Source: an uncultured Planctomycetaceae bacterium
Lineage (GTDB): Bacteria > Planctomycetota > Planctomycetia > Planctomycetales > Planctomycetaceae
DNA: 64,000 nt
Assembly (NCBI GenBank): GCA_963813715.1
Contig: CAWFAK010000005.1
Span: 32,001-96,000 of the forward strand
Reading direction: 5' to 3'
In this document: positions 12,610 to 25,481 of the stretch, in pieces
How positions within the stretch are numbered: the first letter of the stretch is position 1
Layout: each line of letters begins with the position of its first letter
Position numbers and translations under genes: made by a program
Notes under the pieces: generated by a model
The model's database searches: none
Told to the model about the DNA's origin: nothing
Seen by the model: only the letters and a program-made list of their open reading frames with translations

Positions 12610-12642
12610 CGAGGGTCGCCACGTATTACACCTGCAACGTGA

Positions 12643-15146
<2,504 letters not shown>

Positions 15147-15190
15147 AACTCGCCGCGTGCACAAACTGTTCTGAGAAAGAAGGAGGAGAC

Positions 15191-15671
15191 ATGCGTGTGG
15201 GAATTGCTTCCGATCACGGTGGATTTGTCTTGAAGGAGGATTTAGTCACGAAGCTCCGCGCAGCGGGACATGAAGTGGTCGATTTCGGCGCTTATCAACT
15301 GAGCCAGGGCGACGACTATCCGGACTTCGTCGTCCCTCTCGCCCGAGCCCTGGCAGCGGGGGAAGTTGGACCGGGGGACGGCGGTCTGCGGCAGCGGAGT
15401 CGGCGCGTCGATCTGCGCCAACAAGGTTCCGGGAGTCCGCGCCGCGCTGATCGAAGATCACTTCTCGGCTCGACAGGGGGTCGAGGACGATCACATGAAC
15501 CTCCTCTGTCTGGGAGGCCGCACCATCGGACCGGCCGTGGCCTGGGACCTCGTCCAGACGTTCCTGGCCGCCGAGTTCAGTCAGGCCGAGCGACACTTGC
15601 GTCGCTTGGGCAAGGTGGCTTCCTTGGAAGCCCACGAATCGACCGAGCAATCCCAAAGGAGAGGCCCATGA
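15191..15671 (+). CDS. rpiB: Ribose-5-phosphate isomerase B; frameshift near 15365
   Basis: IASDHGG, DDYPD, VCGSGVG, ANKVPGVRAA, ERHLRRL. Confidence 0.92.
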
Positions 15672-17762
15672 CGAACGAGCAATTGGATCAATTGTCGATC
15701 AATACCATCCGCACGCTGTCGATGGACGCCGTGCAGCAAGCCAAGTCTGGACATCCCGGCACGCCGATGGCGCTCGCGCCGATGGTCTACACGATCTGGA
15801 ACCGCGCGATGTCCTTCGATCCCCAGGACCCGATCTGGCCCAACCGTGATCGGTTCGTGCTCTCCAACGGCCATGCCTCGATGCTGCTCTGGTCGGTGCT
15901 CCATCTCACCGGGACCCAGGCGGTGAACGCGGACTACGAGCGGCTGGGGCGGCCGTCGGTTTCGCTCGACGATATCCGGCGTTTTCGTCATCTCGACAGC
16001 AAGGCTCCGGGCCATCCGGAGTATCACTGGGTCTCAGGCGTCGAGACGACGACCGGTCCGCTCGGACAGGGGATTGCGACCAGCGTGGGAATGGCCATCG
16101 CTCAAAAATGGCTTGCCCAGCGCTACAACCGGCCGGGCTTCGACATCTTCGACTACCACATCTATGCCGTTTGCGGGGACGGCTGCATGATGGAAGGGGT
16201 GGGGTCGGAGGCGGCGTCACTGGCGGGCCACCTGGGTCTGGACAACCTCTGTTGGGTTTACGACAACAACCACATCACCATCGAGGGAAACACGCGAATC
16301 GCTTTCACGGAGGACGTCGCGGCCCGCTTCCTGGGATACGGCTGGAACGTCCTGCGAGTCGGGGACGCCAACGACATCGATCGCATCGAACCACGCCCTG
16401 GAGGTCTTCCGGCAGACGAAGGGCCGACCCACCTTCCTCATCCTCGACAGCCATATCGGCTACGGTGCCCCACACAAGCAAGACACAGCGGAGGCCCACG
16501 GCGAGCCGCTCGGCGACGAAGAGATCCGCCTTGCCAAGCGCAATTACGGCTGGCCGGAGGACGCGAAGTTCCTGGTCCCCGACGGCGTCCGCGAGCACTT
16601 CGCGGCCGGCGTGGGCGCGCGCGGCGCGGAGGCGAGGCGCCGCTGGACCGAGCTGTTCGCCTCCTATCGAGGCAAGTATCCGGAACTCGCGGCCGAGGTG
16701 GACCAGATGGAACGGCGCGAACTGCCGACCGGGTGGGACCGCAACCTTCCCCTCTTTCCGGCCGACCCGAAGGGAATCGCCGGGCGAGAAGCCTCGGGCA
16801 AGGTGCTCAACGTGCTGGCGCAGAACATCCCGTGGTTCCTGGGGGGCTCAGCGGATCTCGGCCCGTCAAACAAGACCACGCTGAAGTACGACGGGGCGGG
16901 AGACTTCCAGGCCGACACCCGGGCGGGAAAAACCTGCATTTCGGTATTCGTGAGCACGCGATGGCGGCGATCGTGAACGGGCTCGCGCTGTCCAAGCTAC
17001 GACCCTTCGGGGCAACTTTCTTCATCTTCAGCGACTACGCACGCCCCGCCATTCGTCTTTCGGCCCTCATGGAATTGCCCACCCTCTTTGTCTTTACGCA
17101 CGACGCCATGGGTGACGGTGAAGATGGCCCGACGCATCAGCCGGTGGAGCAGCTCCTGTCGTTGCGCGCCGTTCCCGGGCTGGTCACACTTCGGCCCGGC
17201 GACGCCAACGAGGTCGTTGAGGCCTACCGCTACATCCTTCAGTTGCGGCATCAGCCGGCCGTCCTCGCGCTGTTCGCGCCAGCCGTTGCCCACCCTGGAT
17301 CGGAGCCGGTATGCGCCGGCCTCCGGAGTGGCCCGCGGCGCTTACGTACTCGCCGACGCCCCAGCGGGGAACCCTGAAGTGATCCTCATCGCTACAGGCA
17401 GTGAAGTCGCTCTCGCCGTCGAGGCCCACGAGAAGCTTGTGGCCGAGGGCGTTCGCTCGCGCTTGGTCTCGATGCCGTCGTGGGACATCTTCGAACACCA
17501 GACGCAGGAGTACCGAGACAGCGTGCTGCCCCCCGGAGTCAAGGCCCGCGTCGCCGTGGAACAGGCCTCCACGCTGGGATGGGAACGCTATGTTGGCCCG
17601 ACGGGCCGCGTCATCGGCATGAAGACGTTCGGCGCCTCGGCGCCGCTCAAAGAGCTCCAGAGGAAATTCGGCTTCGAACCCGACACGGTCGTGGCGGCCG
17701 CGAAGGAGCAACTGGGGAATAAGGATTCGTTCGTAAGTATTCCGCTGGAGGTCACCGCGTGA
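15668..17762 (+). CDS. tkt: Transketolase; three frameshifts
   Basis: SGHPGTPM, RDRFVLSNGH, TTGPLGQG, GDGCMMEG (TPP motif), GSADL, FGIREHAM, GEDGPTHQP, FGASAP. Confidence 0.95.
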
Positions 17763-18667
17763 ATCTCGCAAGCGTCCCACAGTTGGACCGCCGGTTTGGA
17801 ATTCCGGGCATCGCTCGAGTTGTCGAGGGGCACGGCGGCCTGGCAAAAGTAGAGATCACCACCCCAGCAGCCGCGGGCGAGATGTACCTTCATGGAGCGC
17901 ATGTGACCTCTTGGCAACCACAGGGCGTTGAAGAAGTGCTTTTCGTCAGCAGCCAATCTCGCTGGGAGGATGGCCGCGCCATTCGAGGAGGCATTCCCAT
18001 CTGCTTCCCGTGGTTTGCCAATAAAGCAGACGACCCGAGCGCACCGGCGCACGGATTCGTGCGCACAAAGTCTTGGCGGCTTGAATCAATTGTGCAAAAC
18101 GGCGATGCGGTCACGATCGCCATGTCCACCCAGAGCGACGCCGGCACGAAGAAATGGTCGCCGATTGACTTTCATCTGCTCCATCGCGCCACCTTTGGTC
18201 TCGAGCTGCAGCTTGAGCTCGTTGTGACGAACACAGGACCGACCGAACTGCGCTTCGAAGAAGCTCTGCATTCCTACTTCCGAGTGGGACAAATCGAGAA
18301 GGTTCGTTTGCAGGGACTGGACAAAGTCACCTATCTCGACAAGACGGACCTGAATCGTGAGAAGACGCAGCACGGGGCTGTTGCGTTCGGGTCGGAGACG
18401 GATCGTGTCTACCTGAATACGCGGCAGACGATCGATCTGGAAGATGACTCCTTCAATCGGCACATTCACATCGTCAAAGCGAACTCACTCACGACCGTTG
18501 TGTGGAACCCGTGGGTGCAAAAGGCCCGAAATCTGTCAGACTTTGGGGATGACGAATGGATGTATATGGTTTGCGTTGAGACCAGCAACGTCTCTGATTT
18601 CGCCGTGAAGCTCGCGCCAGGCCAAGAGCACACGATGCGAGCCATTGTCCGGACGAGTGATCGATGA
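17759..18667 (+). CDS. D-hexose-6-phosphate mutarotase (aldose 1-epimerase family)
   Basis: GAHVTSW, AIRGGIPICFPWF, HGFVR, ALHSYF, ETDRVY, VVWNPW, MVCVE. Confidence 0.9.
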   Translation: MNLASVPQLDRRFGIPGIARVVEGHGGLAKVEITTPAAAGEMYLHGAHVTSWQPQGVEEVLFVSSQSRWEDGRAIRGGIPICFPWFANKADDPSAPAHGFVRTKSWRLESIVQNGDAVTIAMSTQSDAGTKKWSPIDFHLLHRATFGLELQLELVVTNTGPTELRFEEALHSYFRVGQIEKVRLQGLDKVTYLDKTDLNREKTQHGAVAFGSETDRVYLNTRQTIDLEDDSFNRHIHIVKANSLTTVVWNPWVQKARNLSDFGDDEWMYMVCVETSNVSDFAVKLAPGQEHTMRAIVRTSDR

Positions 18668-18720
18668 ATCGGGCGTAACCTTGCCGAACAAATTCTACCG
18701 AAGCAGGTTCGAATCGCACG

Positions 18721-20810
18721 ATGAACGCAGCCTCCACCGCCGGCCAAAGCTCGCCGCTTGGCGCCACGGTCTGTTCTGCCGGCAGCCAACTTCAGCGTCT
18801 ACTCCCGAAGCGCTCAGGCGTGGAGCTGCTGCTCTTTGACCGCCAGGATGACAGCCGGCCCGGACGCGTCATTCCCCTCGATCCCGCGGTCAACCGCACA
18901 TACCACTACTGGCACACTTTCGTGCCGGGGGTAGCAGCCAGGCCAGATCTACGGCTACCGGGCTCAGGGGCCGTACGATCCCGCCGACGGGATGCGTTTT
19001 GACCCCACGAAAATCCTGCTGGATCCCGTATGGCCGGGGCGTCGCTGTTCCGAGGAACTACAATCGCGATGCGGCCCGCGGTCAAGGTGACAACGCCGCA
19101 ACAGCGATGAAGAGCATCGTGGTCGATCCCTCGACTTACGACTGGGAGGGGGACATGCCACTGAAACACCCCTCCTCGCGGACCATCGTCTACGAGACGC
19201 ACGTGCGCGGCTTCACGTACCACGCCAGTTCCGGCGTCGCTGAGGAATCGCGCGGCACGTTTGCCGGTCTGATCGAAAAGATTCCGTATCTCCAGCAACT
19301 CGGCATCACCGCGGTCGAATTGCTGCCGGTCTTTCAGTTCGACGCCCAGGATTGCCCACCGGGACTCGTCAACTACTGGGGCTATGCGCCCGTCTCGTTC
19401 TTCGCGCCGCACCGAGCGTACAGCTCGCGTCGGGATGCCCTTGGCCCGGTGGACGAGTTCCGCGACATGGTCAAGGCACTGCACCGAGCGGGCATCGAAG
19501 TGATCCTCGACGTGGTGTTCAACCATACCGCCGAAGGCGATCATACCGGGCCAACGCTCAGTTTTCGCGGACTGTGCAACGGCACCTACTACATCCTGGA
19601 GCAAGACCGCTCGCGCTACGCTAACTATAGCGGCACAGGGAACACGCTGAATTCCAACAATCCCATCGTCCGCCGGATGATTCTGGACAGTCTCCGCTAT
19701 TGGGTCCAAGAGATGCACGTGGATGGATTCCGTTTCGATCTGGCATCCATCCTGGAGCGGGGAGGATCAGGCCAATTGTTGCCGAACCCGCCGGTGCTCT
19801 GGGATATCGAGTCGGACCCGGCGCTCGCGGGCATAAAACTGATCGCCGAGGCGTGGGATGCGGCCGGCCTCTACCAGGTGGGCAGCTTCATCGGCGACAG
19901 TTGGCAGGAGTGGAACGGAAGATTCCGCGATGATGTCCGCAGCTTCTTTCGCGGCGAGGAGGGCTCGGTGACGCGCTTTGCGGACCGGATACTTGGCAGT
20001 CCCGAGATTTACGCTCATAAGGCACGCGAGGCGGAGCAGAGCGTCAACTTCGTGACCTGTCACGACGGCTTTACCCTGAACGATCTTGTCTCGTACGACA
20101 CGAAGCACAACGAGGCGAACGGCGAAAAAAACCGTGACGGCGCGAACGACAACCGGAGCTGGAACTGCGGGTTCGATGGCCCGACGGACGATCCCGCGGT
20201 CGAGAAACTGCGAAACCGGCAAGTGAAGAACTTCCTCACCACCACGTTGCTGTCGCTGGGTGTACCCATGATTGTCATGGGCGACGAAGCCAGACGCACC
20301 CAGCGCGGCAACAACAATGCCTACTGCCAGGACAACGAAACAAGCTGGTTCGACTGGACGCTGGTCACGAAGCACGCGGACGTGCATCGGTTCGTGACGC
20401 GGCTCGCTGCTCGCCGGCTCCTGCGATCCGCGGAGCCCGAGAGGCAGCGCGAGAGCCTCAGCCAGCTTCTCCGCGAGGCAAAGACGGTTTGGCACGGCGT
20501 CAAGCTCAACCGGCCCGACTGGAGCCCGTCATCGCACAGCCTGGCGCTCACCATCGAGGCAAAGAGAGAAAGGCTCCTCTTCTACACGATCCGGAATGCC
20601 TATTGGGAGCCGCTGGACTTCGATCTGCCACCGCTCGATCAGGAGTACGGACGCCTCTGGCGCCGATGGATCGACACCTCCCTGGATTCTCCAAACGATA
20701 TCGCCGAATGGCAACAGGCGCCGGCGGTTCCCTGCTTTACGTATCGGGCCGAGGCACACTCGGTAGTCGTGCTTTTTGCCGCGTCGGACGCTGAGCGGAG
20801 CGGTCCCTAA
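18721..20810 (+). CDS. glgX: Glycogen debranching enzyme / isoamylase (GH13); frameshifts in the 5' part
   Basis: [64 protein letters not shown]. Confidence 0.93.
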
Positions 20811-21195
20811 ATCTCAAACCTTTTCGCGGACGCCCCATCAAACGACCCATCTACGGGAATGTCGGTGACCACTGGATGGACCACGGCTGTTGTGTGCCGC
20901 ATAGCTTTTCGGGCCTGGGACACTCAGCTCGGGCAACCGGCGATCGGCAAAAACCCCGAGTGGGATCGCCAGAAGTCTATGCGGGCGTTCGCGTTGATTC
21001 CGGCTTCATTGCCTTGTCTGATTTCGGCGCCATTGGTTCAGCGAGGGCACCGATTTCAGGCAGCCTGATGAATTTCAGGTCTTAGAGACGGCGAAGCGAT
21101 GGCGACGGCATCGTCACTTAACTGCTTCCCTGCAAACAAGCGACTACTACTGATTTTGACCACGATCGCACCGCTGACGGCTAAAGAGAAGGCTC

Positions 21196-21225
21196 ACCGG
21201 GGCCGCCCCGAAGGGCGGCCCCGGT
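21196..21225 (-). terminator. 13-bp perfect GC-rich hairpin with C(UUCG)G tetraloop directly after the recombinase stop codon
   Basis: Minus strand reads ACCGGGGCCGCCC-TTCG-GGGCGGCCCCGGT, followed by GAGCCTTCTCTTT. Confidence 0.6.
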
Positions 21226-23755
21226 CATGCTGAGAGTCGCCGTCGGGATCGTCCATCCGGCCGGGTTTCGACCCTTAGAGGCGAACCACTCATCCAGCAT
21301 CTTTCGGACAGTCGTGATCGAGACCTGTAACTTCTGCTCTGCGATTTCCGTTATCGTGCAACCCGCCTCGTACAGGCTGGCCGCCAGCTCCACTTGCGTT
21401 TTGCGTCGGTCCTCGAACTTGGGCACAGGCAGATTGCGGCTCGTGTGCCACCACTCAATGGCGTTCCGCACGGTCATTTGGGTCGTCTCGAAGTCCCGGC
21501 CGATCGCGGACTCCGATTCTCCCGCCTCCCACCTCTGCTTCGCTTCATCAGCAATCCGCTTGTAGAGCGGGGTCTCGCGGACGCTTTCGTCTTAGGCCTG
21601 CTCGTCTCGGCTCTGGCAGCCGGCAGTCCACGCCGCTCGTGCCAGAAGTTGTAGAGCAGCGTAACGCGACTCGGATGAAGCTCCAGCTGTTCGGCGATCT
21701 CCCAGTTCGCCAGGCCCGTGCATCGTAAAGCTCCTTGACCTTATCGGACATCTCCAACTTCGGGTCTGGCTCTACGAAGTCGATCGCGATCTTCTCGCCG
21801 GCGCCGGCTTGCCTCCGGTAGCGTCGATTTCGTTTTCATCCAGCTGCGTGCCGTTGAGGGCGTCCGCGACTTTTCCTGTTCGCAGAACGAACTCACCCCG
21901 CAGAAACGGCCGCTTGCGGCCCGGTCGCGTGACCGCGCTGGACGACAACGTCGCCAATCAGGTTTCCCAGGGCGATGGCTGCGGCCGGGGTGCCGCTCGA
22001 CAAAACGCGGTGCAAGTTCTGGAGACCTTCGTCGACCTGCTCTGTCGTGAGCGCCTGAGGCCTCTGCGCGACCTGACGCTGCCACTTATCGATCTGCCGG
22101 CCAAGCTGGGCCTCGCTCATCCCTTCGCACTTGCAAGCGTTCCCTGACGTCGGCCGGAGCATTCCCCTCTTCGACTTGGTCAAGAAGATTGGCGATCTGG
22201 CGATCGAGTTCGCGAAGCTGATCCTGCGCTGCTTGCAAGCTCGCTCGGTACCTGGGACTGAGAGGTTTGCCATTCCCGCAACGCTGACTCGTGAACCTCC
22301 TTTCGCCATGCCGGGTCTTCAAGGATCCGCCGCCCAATCTCGGCGAGGATCAGTTTTTCGGCCAACTCTCGCGGCAACATCGTCCGGCGGCTGCAAACTC
22401 CGTCTCGAGCTCCCGGGCAAGCCAGCCCGCGCGTACCGGACACATAGAAGTACGCCCCGCACTCGCTGCAGCGGACCCGCCGCTGGAGCAAGTGCCGGGG
22501 ATGCGGCACGGTCCTTGGGCGATCCCGTGAACGTCCCCTCCTCTCCGCGAAAGTCGGCGCACTTCTGTTCGTTCTCGTCGAGGAGCTGCTGGGCTGCAGC
22601 AAAGACCTCCTCGTCAACGATCTTGAGCTCGGGCAGGTGGCGCACCCACTTCTTCCACTCGTCCTCGTCGCGAAGTTCCTTATAGATGTCGCCCGTCTCC
22701 GGATCTCGATGGTTTCGGCTGACTCCCCACTCCCAAATGCCGATGTACTTTGTCCGCCGCAGCAGATTGATGACTGCCGAGCGACCCCACTTCTTGCCCC
22801 GCGAACGCTTGTCTCTCGGTGCTTTGAGGCGATTGAGTTCGCACACGATCCAGCGGATGGGCCGCCGCTCCCGCACGAACCAATCGAAGATCTGCCTGAC
22901 CCAAGCCGCCTCGGTCTCGTTGATCACGTACTTCTTCGGAGGTCGTTCGTTGCGTCCACGGCGATGAGTCTCGACACCGGGGATCGGGACGGACCCGTAG
23001 CCGTAGGCCAGGTCGCCCACGCTATGCCCGTTAAGCAGGTTGCCGATCAGGCCCCGCATCACGTTCGCGCCGAGCGTCTTGAGATACTGCTCGTGCTGCA
23101 GGCCCAGGATCGTCGCCAGGGTAAACCAGTTATCGTTGTTCGAGTCGATCCCCTCGGTCAGGCTGACGACCCGCACTTTGTACTTGTGCACGAGCTTCTT
23201 GAGTGTCGTGGCGTTGATAATGCTCTCGCGGGCGAGCCGGCTCAGGTCGAACACGTAGAGGGTGTCGAACAGCCCCGCTTGCGCCGCGGCGAGCATCCGG
23301 TCGAAGCCGTCACGACGCAGCTTGGCTCCCGAGACGCCCTCATCAAAGAACTCGAGCTCTGTGGGAAGCTGGTTGCCGTCTCGGGCCGCGCGCTCCCGGC
23401 AGGGGCGCTGTTGGTCGCTGATGCTCTTGGGATCTTGCAGCTCGTCCGAGCTGAAGCGGGCGTACGAGGCGGCGACGTTTCGCCGGCGGGAGTCGTCGGA
23501 CTTTTTTCGGCGCCGGAGCCGCGGGTGGACTACGAAAGTCGGGGCGGAGAGTGAGAGCTCGACGGCCCCCGGCACCTGCGACTGTGCTGAAAGTGTGCTG
23601 AGAACGATGCCAAATAACGCCAAGCAACCGCAAACAACCGGTACTGACTGGAAGAGCCTAACTCGAAGCCTTTTTAGGCCTTTGGTCGCAAATCGGAGTC
23701 TGCGATGCAGGTTGCGAAAAACGCCCCGAACGAATCCCCCTCTCTCCGCTTGCAT
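21225..23755 (-). CDS. Large serine recombinase (resolvase + recombinase + zinc ribbon + coiled coil + 3 C-terminal HTH repeats); several frameshifts; start uncertain
   Basis: YARFSSD catalytic Ser motif, DEGVSG, DLSRLAR, YGY, KYIG, zinc ribbon CSECG..ACPGARDGVC, coiled coil QLRELDRQIANLLDQVE. Confidence 0.88.
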
Positions 23756-24308
23756 TTCATCGCTTTTCCGATCCGCAAGCTCTGTCTAGGCTTGCGATTC
23801 TCGGATTGATTGACACGGTCAATTGTGCCAAGACTGTGCCAATCAAACTGGCGGCCGAGCGTTGCGCTGTTGTGGCTCCTGCCTCATCATTTGCCTTCAT
23901 GCTCGGGCCGCCACGCTTCTCCGCAAGGGTCAACTTCGGCCTCGGCATCCTCCCTTTCGTAGAGTCAAGAATGCTCGCCAACGGCCACGCGGCCGCTGGC
24001 ATCACCAAAACAATCGATCCGCTGCATCTGACGTCGGTTTTCGTCATCGTGCAGATGAAAATAATGTCGAACTCATTTTCGAGCTGAAATACCCCAGCCA
24101 GGACATTGCCGTATGATCGGGTGTGCCGGCTTGCGCTGCCACACTGCGAAAGTAATGACGAAAGGAATGCAGGCGCCCGTGCTCGAAGCCGATGGTGCCT
24201 GTTGTCGTTGGGGATCACTCCTTCAATTTGTCGAGCATGTCGCGGATCAGATTAAATTGTTTGGGCTCGGTCGATCCAAATGGTACTTTGACGACGGCGC
24301 AAGCCGCA

Positions 24309-24457
24309 TGACGCATCCTGGTCGCGGGCCGGGAGCAGCTGCGTTGAAAGCACTCGGCGACTTATTTTTCAGAGTCCTTTTCGTTGTCGCGGTTCTGTAC
24401 GTTGTCCTCTGCCTGCTACGCTGGCTGACTGGCTGGAACATTTCGCTTCGCCCGTGA
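24309..24457 (+). CDS. Possible small membrane protein
   Basis: MTHPGRG..LFFRVLFVVAVLYVVLCLLRWLTG, a single hydrophobic helix; no family recognised. Confidence 0.3.
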
Positions 24458-24618
24458 GGCAGCCCGATGTCGAGGCGTGGAAACGCTCGGGTCAGCTGTG
24501 GTTCGGCCGCGAGAATGACGGCATGAAGATGATCGGAAAACCCTTTGGCGACGTCCTCTGGGACGTCTGCGCGGGGGTCTTTCCCGGCATCGCGAACGAG
24601 AACGCGAAGGGTGGCTAA

Positions 24619-24981
24619 GTGATTTCGTTCGACACAGTGCGGGAGATTGCCGGAGGGCTCCCCGGGGCCGTCGAGGGAACGTCTTACGGAACGCCGGCAT
24701 TTCACGTAGGCAAGACACTATTCGTCCGCCAACACCAGGACGGCGAGTCGCTGGTAGTCAGGATCGAGTCGGAGGAGCGTGCTGTGCGTGTTGCCGCTGA
24801 TCCTAAGACCTACTCGGTCACCGATCATTACGTCAACTACCCATGGGTCCTGGTGAGGATGGCAAGTGTCCGGCGACGGGAACTAAAGGAATTGCTCAAG
24901 GACGCATGGCGCCTCGGCGCGACCCAGGGTGACGTTGGTACGCGCAGGCCAAGAAAAGGACGCGGCCGCCGGGCCACGTAG
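24619..24981 (+). CDS. MmcQ/YjbR family DNA-binding protein
   Basis: LPGAVEGTSYGTPAF..LFVR..TDHYVNYPWVLVR..ELLKDAW pattern. Confidence 0.8.
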   Translation: MISFDTVREIAGGLPGAVEGTSYGTPAFHVGKTLFVRQHQDGESLVVRIESEERAVRVAADPKTYSVTDHYVNYPWVLVRMASVRRRELKELLKDAWRLGATQGDVGTRRPRKGRGRRAT

Positions 24982-25034
24982 CGTGGCGAGCAATGCATCC
25001 TGACGGCGCAGCAAACGAAGGAACGCAACGACCG

Positions 25035-25256
25035 CTAACCGCCGCTGCGCCGATAGTTGAAGGGCTGTTTCGTCTTTGTGGAAAGGGAATTGGTCTTGGG
25101 GACAGCCACGGCGGCAGTGAAGATGTTCGTCTTGCGACTACTCTTTGAGTTCTCGCCAGCGGTTTGATCCTGATCCCGCTTTTGGGCGGCGGCATGTTTC
25201 TTCTCGGCGACACGCCGCTCTCGTTCCTTCTTCTTCTGTTGTTTGTTCTTCGCCAC
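25035..25256 (-). CDS. Small basic hypothetical protein
   Basis: GGGAGA RBS and GTG start; Lys/Arg-rich MAKNKQQKKKERERRVAEKK; ends RRSGG. Confidence 0.55.
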   Translation of the reverse strand: MAKNKQQKKKERERRVAEKKHAAAQKRDQDQTAGENSKSSRKTNIFTAAVAVPKTNSLSTKTKQPFNYRRSGG

Positions 25257-25481
25257 TGGCTCGTCTCCCGCAACGTGACTGTCCCTTGATCGGCGTCAGT
25301 GTAACGTCTGGCGCTGAAGAATCGTAGCTCCGAGCTGCGGCGTTTTGGTCACCGAGTTGCAGCGCACCGTTCGCCCGCTCAGCCGGGCTTAGGGCGACAA
25401 GCGGCTCAGCATCGTCTAAAAGCCCGCTACCGGAAACAGAAAAGGACCAGAGCAAGGAAACTCGTCCGTGTCGCGAACCAA

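Noticed and set aside
15191..17377. Apparent RpiB-transketolase fusion
   Set aside because: The ORF crosses out-of-frame segments; rpiB and tkt have their own stop, RBS and ATGA overlap.
20811..21195. Possible att site or tRNA target between glgX and the recombinase
   Set aside because: No tRNA fold or convincing direct repeat is visible; it needs comparative data.
24247..24705. Minus-strand ORF (..DPRADVPEDVAKGFSDHL..)
   Set aside because: No recognisable family or clear start, and it overlaps two better-supported + strand ORFs.
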